A DNA stretch of 64,000 nucleotides. Origin: an uncultured Anaerolineales bacterium (lineage in GTDB: Bacteria; Chloroflexota; Anaerolineae; UBA7937). A program made the translations under genes and the position numbers. The stretch covers positions 35,377 to 99,376 of the forward strand of contig CAYLIE010000006.1 of NCBI GenBank assembly GCA_964383935.1, given 5' to 3'. The notes under the pieces were generated by a model. The model was not told the origin of the DNA. It ran no database searches and saw only the letters and a program-made list of their open reading frames with translations. Below, in pieces: positions 46,615 through 56,306 of the stretch (the first letter of the stretch is position 1; each line of letters opens with the position of its first letter).

Positions 46615-47148
46615 ATGCGAAAGAAGATCTTGACTCTGGCACTCCTTGTGGGAGCGATGCTTCTCCTGACGGCAACGGGAGTGTTGGCGGCCTCCCCTGC
46701 AGTCAGCAACCCCCACCCTATTCTCCAAGAGCCGCCGCCCCCTGAAACTATAACTAACCCCGTGGCGGCCATGATCGCCGCCTTCTTCGGCCTCGACTAC
46801 ACGCAAGTGCAGGCCTGGCACGATGACGGGACGGGCTATGGCAACATGACCATCGCTCTCTTCTTCGCTGAGGCCAGCGGATTGACTTTCGGCCAGATAA
46901 TGGCCATGAGGGGACGAGAGGAAGGTGGAGGTTGGGGCTACATCATTAAGGAACTTGGATTGGATATCAAGAGAAGAGATACGAATCTGGGAGCCATCAT
47001 GTCCGGGCGAGCCCTGACGGACACCATGACCGGGACTCTCCAAGTAGAAGCAAAAAGAGGCAGAGGCCGACCGCAGGTCCCTCCTGGCTGGGAGCGCGGG
47101 AGGGGACTGGGGCTAGGCAGAGGCCCCGGACGAGGGCACAACCAGTAA
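46615..47148 (+). CDS. Secreted hypothetical protein with Gly/Arg-rich C-terminus
   Basis: Signal peptide; start moved to the ATG after the GGGAGAG RBS. Confidence 0.4.
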   Translation: MRKKILTLALLVGAMLLLTATGVLAASPAVSNPHPILQEPPPPETITNPVAAMIAAFFGLDYTQVQAWHDDGTGYGNMTIALFFAEASGLTFGQIMAMRGREEGGGWGYIIKELGLDIKRRDTNLGAIMSGRALTDTMTGTLQVEAKRGRGRPQVPPGWERGRGLGLGRGPGRGHNQ

Positions 47149-47245
47149 CCCACTCTTCCCAAAAATGGACATGCGAGGAGGGGAGATTTGTAATATACTA
47201 TATTTGGACGGTTTGTTTTCGATTCACAGAAGAAGGTGGGAATTA

Positions 47246-48031
47246 ATGAAGGGGCTTTTCTTCCCCATCTTGATAAGTTTGCTACTAGCAGCCTGTGGTA
47301 CCACTCCCACCTCCGATGTAGAGGCAACTATCCAAGTTGGCATTGCAGCCACACTGACCGCACAGCCGACTGATACGCCTGTGCCGACGCCGAAAGCAAC
47401 TCCCACACCAACAGAGATACCAACCCAGACGCCAACCCCAAAGCCATTCCCTCCTTTTCATCGTCCATCGCCGGGAAAAGAAACCTCTCCCTCCACTTAC
47501 TCCTTAGAAACCTACGAAGGTCAATGGTTCTCATTTCAGTATCCACCCAATGCTCGGGTGGAAAACGTCGCCCCCTTTCCTCCCGAAACAAGCGAGATTC
47601 ACGTTATTGGCCCCATAGTTTGGGTCAAACCAGGTGATGCGGACTGGGGTTGGAACGGCCCAGCCTACAAGTTGATCATACTGACCTACGAGAACCCTGA
47701 TGGGCTTGATTCAGAATCGTGGGCGCGGGACTATATCCTTAATACTTGGAAGGAGGCCAGAGAACGGAACGAGCCATGGGGGTCGTTGCCAGTGTCTGAG
47801 GAGGGAGTGATAGAAGAAGATAGCGTGGGAAGTTCCGTTGTAGCTGGTCAGCCTGCATTCTGGGTTAATTACTTCGCTTTTGACTCTTCCTATCCCACCT
47901 TCTACCTGACCGGCAATGGCCAAGTAGTAGCACTGAGTTTCAACGATTACCCTTTGGAGAACCAGCCGTTGGCAACGATGCAACAGGACGTTTATGCGTT
48001 GATCATCGACACTTTCCGTTTTAACAAGTAG
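47246..48031 (+). CDS. Lipoprotein with Thr/Pro-rich linker, unknown function
   Basis: Lipobox LLAACG. Confidence 0.45.
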   Translation: MKGLFFPILISLLLAACGTTPTSDVEATIQVGIAATLTAQPTDTPVPTPKATPTPTEIPTQTPTPKPFPPFHRPSPGKETSPSTYSLETYEGQWFSFQYPPNARVENVAPFPPETSEIHVIGPIVWVKPGDADWGWNGPAYKLIILTYENPDGLDSESWARDYILNTWKEARERNEPWGSLPVSEEGVIEEDSVGSSVVAGQPAFWVNYFAFDSSYPTFYLTGNGQVVALSFNDYPLENQPLATMQQDVYALIIDTFRFNK

Positions 48032-48043
48032 AGCGTTCTTCCC

Positions 48044-48088
48044 AAAAAACAAACGGACATGTGTGTACGTCGCACGTCCGTTTTTTTC
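48044..48088. terminator. Bidirectional intrinsic terminator between convergent genes
   Basis: A-run, acggacatgtg...cacgtccgt hairpin, T7. Confidence 0.6.
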
Positions 48089-48103
48089 TAGAAACTACAG
48101 TTG

Positions 48104-50668
48104 TCACGTCACTCGCGGCACCCGGGCCAAGATCTCGGAGACCACCTCGTAGTTAATGGTGCCTAACTTATCCGCCACCTCTTCAGCGGTGATCCTCTCT
48201 TCCCCTTGCTGGCCGATAAGAACCACCTCATCCCCCTGACGGACCCCGGGGATATCGGTGACATCGATCATACTCATATCCATACATACCCGCCCCACCA
48301 CCGGAGCCCGCTGGCCCCGCACCAAGACCTCGCCCCAGGTTCTGGGCCCCCTGCGGAAGCCATCGGCGTAGCCTACGGGGATGACGGCGATGGAGGAAGC
48401 TCTCTCGGTGCGATAGGTACAGCCATAACTTATGCAACTCCCTTCCGGCAGCCGTTTCACCTGGGCGATCTGGGTCTTGAAAGAGAGAACCGGTCTAAAA
48501 CTATCAGGACAACGAACCTCTGGGGAAGGGTCGAGCCCATAGATCGCTATCCCCGGCCGCACCAGGTTGAAGTAGGATTCAGGGAGAGTGAAGATGGCAG
48601 CGCTATGAGCCGCATGGATGAGGGGGATATGGATGTCGTTAGCCTCCAGCTCCCTCACTACCCCTTCGAAGACCTCCAGTTGGCGGAGCGTGTACTCCTT
48701 CCCCCAGCCGGGGATGCCGTGGGCATCCTCCGCGTCGGCGATGGCGAAATGGGTAAAGATCCCCTCGACCACAAGGTTGGGTAACCCTTGGAGCGCCTGC
48801 ACGAAGGGGAGAACGTCAGAGGGAAGGTGGCCCAGCCGGCCCATGCCCGTATCCACCTTGATGTGCACCCACACCTGAGAGTTGAGAGCCACGGCAGCGC
48901 GGGAGAAAGCCCTGGCCACATCTAGAGAGAAGACGGTGGCTGTGACATCGTGAAGGACGATATCTCTAGCCTGCCAAGCAGGGGTATAGCCCAGAATGAT
49001 GATGGGAGCGGAAATGCCAGCCTTCCTGAGGGCTACCGCCTCGCCGAGGCAAGCCACCCCCAGCATAGTGGCCCCGTTGGCCAGAGCGGTGCGCGCTACC
49101 TTGACCGCGCCATGGCCGTAAGCGTCAGCCTTGAGGGTGACGATGATCCCCACCCTCTCCCCCACTATCCTCTTGATCTCCCGCACATTATAGGCTAGAG
49201 CCCCCAGATCGATCTCTACCCAGGTAGGGCGATCGGGAGCGATGATGTGAATCCGCTTCCAAGCCGGGCTCTGCCGGACGAGGAGGTTCTCTGCCTGCGA
49301 GGGGTCGGCCAGTAGTTTCTCCACCACCCTCTCCATGCGAGCCTCCATCGACCCCTTCACCAGCACTATATCGCCGGGGGTTATCCTTTCGGCTATGCTC
49401 CGGACCGCCTCCTCCGTAGTGTAGGTCACAAAGATCCGCTCCTCTGTCAAGCCGCATCTTCCCGCCTCGTCGGCCACGATAGTGGCCCGCTCACCCTTGG
49501 TGACCAGATAATCCACCACCTGGGCGGCCCGGCGCCCCACCTCCCTATGTCCCTCCTCCTCGTAGGCCCCCAGTTGCAACATATCTCCCAAGATGGCAAC
49601 CCTTTCTCCTCCCTCCATTTGGGCTAAGAGGTCGAGGGCTGCGAGGGTCGAGGTCGGGTTAGCGCTGTAACTGTCGTCCAAGAGCAGACTGCCGTTTATC
49701 CCCTCCAAAGGCTTCAAGCGCCCCCTAATAGGCTTGAGTTCTTCCAGGCTTTGAGCTGCCTCCTGCAGGGAGAGACCGTAGAGAGTTCCCACCCCTATGG
49801 CCGCAAGAGCGGTGTAGACGTTATGGCTACCCAAAAGAGCAAGCCGGACTTGAGCACGCTCATCTTGATAGCGGACGAAAAATCGCACACCCTCACGATT
49901 GGTGGCGATTTCGCAGGCGTAGAGATCGGCCTTGGGGTCCGTCCCGAAGGTGAGCACCTGGGCTTTGGTCCTGCCGGCCATGGCTCGAACCCGGGGGGCA
50001 TCGAAGTTGAGGAGAGCGTAACCCTCCTCAGGCAAGGCTTCGATCAGCCTCCCCTTCTCCCGGGCTATATTCTCCAGGCTGCCCAGATACTCCAGATGAG
50101 CGGCGTTCACGCTCGTCACCACTCCTATGCGGGGCGAGGTCATCTGAGCCAACTCGGCGATCTCGTTGAAACTATCGCAGGCCATCTCCAAGACCGCGAT
50201 TTTGTGCCCCGGGCGAAGCCTCCCCAAAGCGATGGGCAACCCATACCGCCCGTTATAGTTGGCGTGGTTCCTGAAGACGGGAAAAACCTTTTCCAGAACC
50301 TTGGCGATAGCCTCCTTGGTGCTGGTCTTCCCAGTGCTCCCCGTTACCCCGATGACCTCAGGGGCGTATTTTTTGATTATATATTCGCCCCAATGGCGAA
50401 GGGCTTGTTGGGTATCGGGCACCATCACACAGGTCACACGGTGAGGAGCGAGGTCTATCTCCCGCTCGCAGAGCACCCCTGTCGCCCCATCGCGACAGGC
50501 CTCAGCGATATAATCGTGGCCGTCGCCCTTCTCCGTCTTCACCGCCAAGAAGAGTTCTCCTGGCTGGAGGATGCGGGAGTCATAGCAGAAGTCGTCGAAC
50601 TCCTGAGCGAACACAGGGCCATAGGTCCGACCACCAGTGGCCGCGAGGATATCAGACAGGTAGATCAT
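48104..50668 (-). CDS. murF: Bifunctional UDP-MurNAc-tripeptide:D-Ala-D-Ala ligase (MurF) / alanine racemase (Alr) fusion
   Basis: N-terminal ~460 aa has Mur ligase motifs (GVTGSTGKTSTKE). C-terminal ~390 aa is Alr (RPTWVEIDLGALAYNVREIK...TLKADAYGHG). Confidence 0.85.
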   Translation of the reverse strand: MIYLSDILAATGGRTYGPVFAQEFDDFCYDSRILQPGELFLAVKTEKGDGHDYIAEACRDGATGVLCEREIDLAPHRVTCVMVPDTQQALRHWGEYIIKKYAPEVIGVTGSTGKTSTKEAIAKVLEKVFPVFRNHANYNGRYGLPIALGRLRPGHKIAVLEMACDSFNEIAELAQMTSPRIGVVTSVNAAHLEYLGSLENIAREKGRLIEALPEEGYALLNFDAPRVRAMAGRTKAQVLTFGTDPKADLYACEIATNREGVRFFVRYQDERAQVRLALLGSHNVYTALAAIGVGTLYGLSLQEAAQSLEELKPIRGRLKPLEGINGSLLLDDSYSANPTSTLAALDLLAQMEGGERVAILGDMLQLGAYEEEGHREVGRRAAQVVDYLVTKGERATIVADEAGRCGLTEERIFVTYTTEEAVRSIAERITPGDIVLVKGSMEARMERVVEKLLADPSQAENLLVRQSPAWKRIHIIAPDRPTWVEIDLGALAYNVREIKRIVGERVGIIVTLKADAYGHGAVKVARTALANGATMLGVACLGEAVALRKAGISAPIIILGYTPAWQARDIVLHDVTATVFSLDVARAFSRAAVALNSQVWVHIKVDTGMGRLGHLPSDVLPFVQALQGLPNLVVEGIFTHFAIADAEDAHGIPGWGKEYTLRQLEVFEGVVRELEANDIHIPLIHAAHSAAIFTLPESYFNLVRPGIAIYGLDPSPEVRCPDSFRPVLSFKTQIAQVKRLPEGSCISYGCTYRTERASSIAVIPVGYADGFRRGPRTWGEVLVRGQRAPVVGRVCMDMSMIDVTDIPGVRQGDEVVLIGQQGEERITAEEVADKLGTINYEVVSEILARVPRVT

Positions 50669-50689
50669 GAAAAACAGCCTCTCAAGAGT

Positions 50690-50875
50690 CTAGCCCCTTC
50701 GGTAGAGAAGCCCGCCGATTATGACCGCCACCGCTCCCACCAGGCTGCCCCCCATCTGCTGGTAGCCGAATCCCGGGTCACGCCCCAACCCTATCATATC
50801 CGCGCTCACTGATATAAGAAGAAGGGCGATGCCCCCTACGAGGAGAAGCAAGCCTATGAGCCTGGTGGTACTCAT
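50690..50875 (-). CDS. Small two-TM membrane protein
   Basis: ORF only. Confidence 0.3.
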   Translation of the reverse strand: MSTTRLIGLLLLVGGIALLLISVSADMIGLGRDPGFGYQQMGGSLVGAVAVIIGGLLYRRG

Positions 50876-50996
50876 GCTATCCCTCCTAATGGCCGTACAA
50901 ACATTCTAACACTCTGGCCCCCAGGGCGCAACCTTGCCTATTGAGAGCATAATTGCTAGAATTTAGTTCAACAAGGTTGAGGGTTAAGAGAGTACC

Positions 50997-52040
50997 ATGA
51001 TGCGGGTGGGAGTGCTATTTGGAGGAGCCTCCTCAGAACGAGAGGCCTCGCTGGCTAGCGGGCGACAGGTTTGCTTTCAACTAAACCCCCAGAAATATAG
51101 TTGTCTTCCCCTCTTCGTGGACACAGAGAACAGGTTCTGGGAACTTCCCAAGAAACTTATCGTTCAGAACACCACTTCTGATATCATCGCCCGCTTGGAG
51201 AGCGAAGCGAAACGCATCCACTACGAGGATCTGAAGGATCTCATCGATTTCGCTTTCATCGCCCTCCATGGCAAATACGGCGATGATGGCTGCATCCAAG
51301 GACTCCTCGAACTTTTGGGGATACCCTATACCGGCTCTGGGGTCCTGGCCTCGGCCCTCTGCATGGACAAAACCATGGCCCACCGGGGGCTCAAAGCCTC
51401 CCAGTTGGAAGTGGCCCAGGAGATGGTGGTCCAAGAGACCGATTGGGAACGAGACCCGCGAGGAACGCAAGATGAGATCGTCGAGGAGATCGGTCTCCCC
51501 TGCGTGGTCAAACCCAGCCGCGAAGGCTCAAGCATCGGGGTGTCGGTGGTAGAGAAGGAGAAAGATATCGGCCGGGCTCTGGAAATAGCCTTCGAGTGGG
51601 ATAACTCGGCCCTCATAGAAGAGAAACTGGATGGCCTGGAGTTCTCTTGCATCGTCTTGGGGAATGAGGAACTTTGGCCCATGCCTCCCACAGAGACAGT
51701 GGCTACCCATGAGTATCTAACCTATGACGACAAATATATGCCCGGCCGCTCCCAGAAGATCACCCCGGCCCGGGTATCGGAGGAGACGATCAGGCATATA
51801 CAAGAAGAGGTGATGAAAGCCTATAAAGTCTTGGGCTTCAAGAACTATGGCCGCCTGGACGGCTTCCTCCTAGAGGATGGCCGGATACTCCTCACCGATC
51901 CCAACACCTCTTCCGGGATGGCCCCTTCATCCTTCATGTTTCACCAAGCGGCGGAGATAGGGCTGAACGCTACCATGCTCTTCGATAGGATAATCGAGCT
52001 GGCCCTGGAGGCCCACGAGAATAAAAGAGGGCCGCTATAG
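50997..52040 (+). CDS. ddl: D-alanine--D-alanine ligase (paralog 1)
   Basis: VGVLFGGASSEREASLASG N-terminus, ATP-grasp motifs. Confidence 0.85.
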   Translation: MMRVGVLFGGASSEREASLASGRQVCFQLNPQKYSCLPLFVDTENRFWELPKKLIVQNTTSDIIARLESEAKRIHYEDLKDLIDFAFIALHGKYGDDGCIQGLLELLGIPYTGSGVLASALCMDKTMAHRGLKASQLEVAQEMVVQETDWERDPRGTQDEIVEEIGLPCVVKPSREGSSIGVSVVEKEKDIGRALEIAFEWDNSALIEEKLDGLEFSCIVLGNEELWPMPPTETVATHEYLTYDDKYMPGRSQKITPARVSEETIRHIQEEVMKAYKVLGFKNYGRLDGFLLEDGRILLTDPNTSSGMAPSSFMFHQAAEIGLNATMLFDRIIELALEAHENKRGPL

Positions 52041-52085
52041 AGAGACGAAAGATTATGTATAGAGAGCCAGGGAGGGAGAGAAAAA

Positions 52086-53637
52086 ATGCCTAAGAGTGGT
52101 GTAAACATCCGAAGACTTGCTCAAAATATTGCGGACCAATATCCTTTCGAACCCGAGGTCGCTACCTTGATCGAATTAGTAGCGAATGCACTTGACGCCA
52201 AAGCTCGTGTAATCAACATCCAGATTTCAGATGCAATCCTCCGAGTAATCGACGACGGTGTTGGAATGACACGAAAGCAGTTCAAGGAGTACCACGATTT
52301 CGCTACGACCACTAAGGAGAGGGGTGCCGGAATCGGCTTTGCAGGACAGGGCGCCAAACTGGCACTAAACTTCTGCGATAAGATCATCAGTGAGACTCGC
52401 AGCAAGAACTATCATGACACAACTATATGGAGATTGCAGGATGATGATGCTCCATATCATTACATTGAGGAGAGAACACTATCAGAGACGGGAACGCGAG
52501 TCTCTCTATATCTGGAAGAGGATCGCAAGTCATTCTATACACCCGCTCTAGTGAAGCAAGTCCTCGAAGAGCATTATTTTCCACTACTTGATCGGCAATT
52601 ACTCTATGTCTATACCGGAGAGCGTCCCCTTTTGAAAGGTGGAAAGGGCAGGCTTGAACGCTATCGAGAACTGTACAGGAAAGGCCTGAAATTCATCGTG
52701 AACGGCTCGGTGATCACTCTTGACCCTATCGAAGCGACAGTGGAGCATCAGAAAGAGTTCTCCATTCTCCGCTACAGAAAAGCACAGGGGTGGGGATTCT
52801 TTGGGCTAGCAGAACAGGCCCTCCCCGAACATCTTCAAGGGGTGGGGATAGCAACATACGGTAAGGTCATAGAGCGAACCTGGTTCAAAAAAGAGCCACG
52901 CCATAAGAATCGAATTTTCGGATGGATGGAGGCGCCATATCTCATCAAGGCTGTTACAACGGACAAGTGCCGATTCCAGAGAGGAAATAAGAATTGGGAG
53001 AGTTTCTTTCGCAAGGCGCAAAGGGAATTCTCAACATGGCTGGAGGAAGCAGGCCTGATGGAAAGGCCCGAACCTCGACCACTCGCCTTTACAGAACTGG
53101 AACGTGAAATCAACCGGATACTGAAACAGATTCCATCACTTACCTTCTTCGGAACTCGGACGCTGGCAAAGGTTGCGATTCCCGACGAACTTGGCGAAGA
53201 AAGACTCGTAGGCAAGGGAACACAAAAGGTCCAGGGCACTAAAGGTCCAGGGCACTAAGGGTGGCGAGGGTGAGGGAAAAGGCGTTGATATCTATCCAGG
53301 GCCAGAGGAAGGACTTGCACCCAGTCTCGAGCTTGGAACCGACAAACCAGCCAAAGAACATCAGCGGGTTATTCGTGGAGGCATTCGTCTTGCTTTTGAG
53401 CAAAGACCGGACCTCTCCAGCGAAGGGCGGTTTGATGGCGAAACCGTCTTTATCAATGAGGCTCATTCTGCATACGCCAAAGCTTCGGGAGACAAGCAGG
53501 CAGCAAACTATCACGTTCTTAAGACCACTGCTCTAGAACTCACAAGATTTGCGATGGAACGAGATCCCGAACCATCATATCAGAAAGCCTTCGATCTTAT
53601 GGGCCAGTTTTTCACACTTTGGGGAGAGCAACGATGA
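52086..53637 (+). pseudogene. GHKL/Bergerat-fold (HATPase_c, MORC/MutL-like) ATPase, ~511 aa if intact; frameshifted by a 16-bp tandem duplication (annotated ORF stops at 53258)
   Basis: ELVANALDA (N-box) and DDGVGM (G1) motifs. Removing 53242-53257 restores an open frame ending at the TGA at 53635-53637, giving ...GTKGGEGEGKGVDIYPGPEEG...LWGEQR. Confidence 0.6.
53226..53257 (+). repeat. Perfect 16-bp tandem duplication (aaggtccagggcacta x2) creating a frameshift
   Basis: Read directly from the sequence. Confidence 0.9.
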
Positions 53638-54128
53638 CACAACTCAAAATCGGTTTCAAGGTTCAAAAGATCGATTCACCTGAGGGCAAGGAAACCTTCA
53701 CGGCTACCGTCCCGTTAGCTTCTATATTCGAAAAAGAGATGGTCGCTCATGACATGAAAACATCTCTCAAGGCCCTAGAGCACGACTATACAGCTCTAGT
53801 TGCTGACCTATTAGATATCGCAAGTGCGCTAAGAAGCCGGAGCGCTTCAGAACCGCGAGTCCTCCTGTACTGGCAGTTTGGCGACAGGATACAACAATAT
53901 GAAAATAAATATGAAAATAGCCTCTTCTTCCTGGACGGAATGACCAAGTATCTAGTAAGAGACGTTGGCGTCTCAGACAAGATGATCAGTCGGTGCCGGC
54001 GCTTCCGTAGACTTTACCCGGATAGGGATAGAATCGATCCCAATCTTTCGTTTGATCGCTACGTGTCTAGTTTTGAAGGTGGATATATATCGGCTAAACG
54101 CAAGCGAAAGCGTGGTAGCAATGTCTAA
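53634..54128 (+). CDS. Hypothetical 165-aa protein, translationally coupled to the GHKL ATPase (ATGA) and overlapping the ddl-2 start (ATGTCTAA)
   Basis: ORF with start/stop overlaps on both sides; low GC like the ATPase gene. Confidence 0.45.
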   Translation: MTQLKIGFKVQKIDSPEGKETFTATVPLASIFEKEMVAHDMKTSLKALEHDYTALVADLLDIASALRSRSASEPRVLLYWQFGDRIQQYENKYENSLFFLDGMTKYLVRDVGVSDKMISRCRRFRRLYPDRDRIDPNLSFDRYVSSFEGGYISAKRKRKRGSNV

Positions 54129-55179
54129 AGCCAGGCTCCTCCGCGTAGGCGTCATCATGGGCGGCATCTCATCGGAGCGGGAGATATCGCTGGAAAGCGG
54201 AAGGAACATCTTCAACAACCTCGACCCCACCAAGTACGAAGGCATCCCCATCTTCCAGGACAGCAAAGGGCGACTTTGGGAGATGACCCTCTCCCTTTTG
54301 GTCCAGAACACCACCGCTGATATCGAGGCCAGACTAGAAAAAGAAGCTGCCCGCATCCCCTACGAGAGGTTGAAGGAACTGGTCGATTTCGTCTACATCG
54401 GACTCCACGGCAAGTATGGAGAGGATGGCTGCCTCCAGGGCCTTCTGGAACTCCTCAATATCCCCTATACCGGCTCCGGGGTCCTGGCCTCGGCTATCGG
54501 GATGGACAAACATATGACCCGCCGCCTCCTCGTCGCCGCCGGCATCCGAGTCCCAAGATACCTGACCATCTCCCAGAAAGCGTGGCAAGAGCGAAGAGAG
54601 GAGATAGAGAAGAATATCGAGGAGACCCTGGGCTACCCCTGCGTGGTGAAGCCCACGCGAGAGGGGTGCAGCACCGGTCTCTCCGTGGTACGCGAAGGGG
54701 AAGGGTTAGCCCCGGCTATGGAAAAAGCCTTCCAGTGGGACACCACCTGTTTAGTGGAGGAGTTGCTGAGGGGCACGGAGATCACCTGCGGAGTGATAGG
54801 CAATGAAAACCCCATCGCCTTTCTCCCTACCGAGACACCTCCGCGCGGCGATTTCCTCACCGTGGAGGAGAAGTTCTTGCCCGGTGAGGGAGAGAATATC
54901 ACCCCCGCTCGCCTCCCCCCAGAGATGATAGAGAAGGTACAGAAGGTAATGGTTGAGGCCTACAAAGCCTTGGGGACAAAAGTCTATGCCCGCCTCGACG
55001 GCTTCGTGATCGATGGGGAGGTGATAGTCACCGAGACCAACACCCTCCCCGGCATGACCCCCTCCACCTGTATCTTCCACCAGGCGGCCGAAGAGGGGAT
55101 GAGCCCCATGGACTTGGTCACCAAAGTAATCGAGCTATCCTTGGAAGCTCATAGCCGAAAGAAAGGGCCGCTCGATTGA
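54121..55179 (+). CDS. ddl: D-alanine--D-alanine ligase (paralog 2)
   Basis: VGVIMGGISSEREISLESG; ~60-65% identical to paralog 1 in the blocks compared by eye. Confidence 0.85.
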   Translation: MSKARLLRVGVIMGGISSEREISLESGRNIFNNLDPTKYEGIPIFQDSKGRLWEMTLSLLVQNTTADIEARLEKEAARIPYERLKELVDFVYIGLHGKYGEDGCLQGLLELLNIPYTGSGVLASAIGMDKHMTRRLLVAAGIRVPRYLTISQKAWQERREEIEKNIEETLGYPCVVKPTREGCSTGLSVVREGEGLAPAMEKAFQWDTTCLVEELLRGTEITCGVIGNENPIAFLPTETPPRGDFLTVEEKFLPGEGENITPARLPPEMIEKVQKVMVEAYKALGTKVYARLDGFVIDGEVIVTETNTLPGMTPSTCIFHQAAEEGMSPMDLVTKVIELSLEAHSRKKGPLD

Positions 55180-55235
55180 GCGGCCAACCAGAGAGGCATC
55201 GATCCAGCAGGCAAATGCCTACTGGCCCTGCTATC

Positions 55236-55949
55236 TCAATACCCCTTCAACGCCTCCTTCTGCGCCACCAGCAACTCCTCTATGCCCTTCTGGGCCAGGT
55301 CCAAGAGCCCATCCATCATCTGGCGAGAGAAAGCCCCACCTTCTCCGGTGCCCTGCACCTCCACATACTCCCCTTCCGCGGTCATCACCACGTTAAAATC
55401 TACCTGTGCTTGATGATCCTCCTCATAGGTGAGATCTAAGAGGGGCTCGTCCTGCAACACTCCCACGCTGATGGCCGCCACTTGGGTCTTGAGCACCCTG
55501 GCCGGGAGGAGCCCCCCTTTTATCAGCCTGCGCAGGGCTATGGCCAGGGCCACGTAGCCCCCAGTGATAGCGGCGGTGCGCGTCCCCCCATCGGCCTGGA
55601 GGACATCGCAATCTATGATCACCGTCCTCTCTCCCAAGAGACGGAGGTCCACGGCCACGCGCAAGGCTCGGCCGATGAGACGGCGGATCTCCAGCGTGCG
55701 GCCGCCCAAGCCCCGGGTCTCCCGGGGGGTGCGCTGGCGAGTGGAGCGGGGCAACATGGCGTACTCGCCGGTGACCCACCCCTGCGCTTGTTCCTTCAAC
55801 CAACGGGGTACCGTCTCCTCCACGCTAGCAGCACAGATGACGCGGGTCTCCCCCACCTCTATGAGCGCTGACCCCTCCGGATAGTCTAGATACCCTGGGG
55901 TGATCTTCACCGGTCGCATCTCATCGTATTTCCGACCATCGAAACGCAT
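55236..55949 (-). CDS. rph: Ribonuclease PH
   Basis: RPVKITPGYLDYPEGSALIEVGETRVIC..., 237 aa. Confidence 0.9.
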   Translation of the reverse strand: MRFDGRKYDEMRPVKITPGYLDYPEGSALIEVGETRVICAASVEETVPRWLKEQAQGWVTGEYAMLPRSTRQRTPRETRGLGGRTLEIRRLIGRALRVAVDLRLLGERTVIIDCDVLQADGGTRTAAITGGYVALAIALRRLIKGGLLPARVLKTQVAAISVGVLQDEPLLDLTYEEDHQAQVDFNVVMTAEGEYVEVQGTGEGGAFSRQMMDGLLDLAQKGIEELLVAQKEALKGY

Positions 55950-56055
55950 CCTCGCTCCCTTCTAAGCCCATACCATCAATCGCAGCCTCATCCGGGGTAA
56001 ACTGAGACCCCATATTAAGGCAAACACAAATTCTTAATTTCCAGTGGCGTCAGCC

Positions 56056-56203
56056 CGCCCCCTGGCCCGCCCGTGCTGTACGTAAAGTATCCCTCTGGGA
56101 AGCGCAGGGTGCGAAGCATTGATGCCAGGACGGGCCGGTACTTGCCAGCCTGTCCTAGCGCGCCTGCCCCAAGGCGTACCAGGCCGGGGTGACAGGCCAG
56201 GGG
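56056..56203. repeat. Intergenic repeat copy B, bounded by imperfect inverted repeats gccccctggcc/ggccaggggc; contains the 50-bp core at 56068-56117
   Basis: Core identical to 3999-4048; module 56134-56155 shared with 63821-63842 and inverted at 7623-7652. Confidence 0.55.
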
Positions 56204-56306
56204 CCAGGGATGTTACCATCTGACGCTTTTGGCTAGCACCGGAATAAGGTGAAGCAGGGAGAGAGCGCCTCGTCACACTCTCCCCCAAAATCACTCGTCA
56301 CTCATT

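Noticed and set aside
53239-53536. 91-aa ORFs on both strands within the GHKL C-terminal region
   Set aside because: Artefacts of the frameshifted region; the +1 frame gives a coherent continuation of the ATPase instead.
50997-55179. ddl duplication as a recent tandem duplication generated by the cassette insertion
   Set aside because: The two Ddl proteins differ at roughly one residue in three in the aligned blocks, so the paralogy is old. The cassette more likely inserted between pre-existing paralogs or arrived with one of them.
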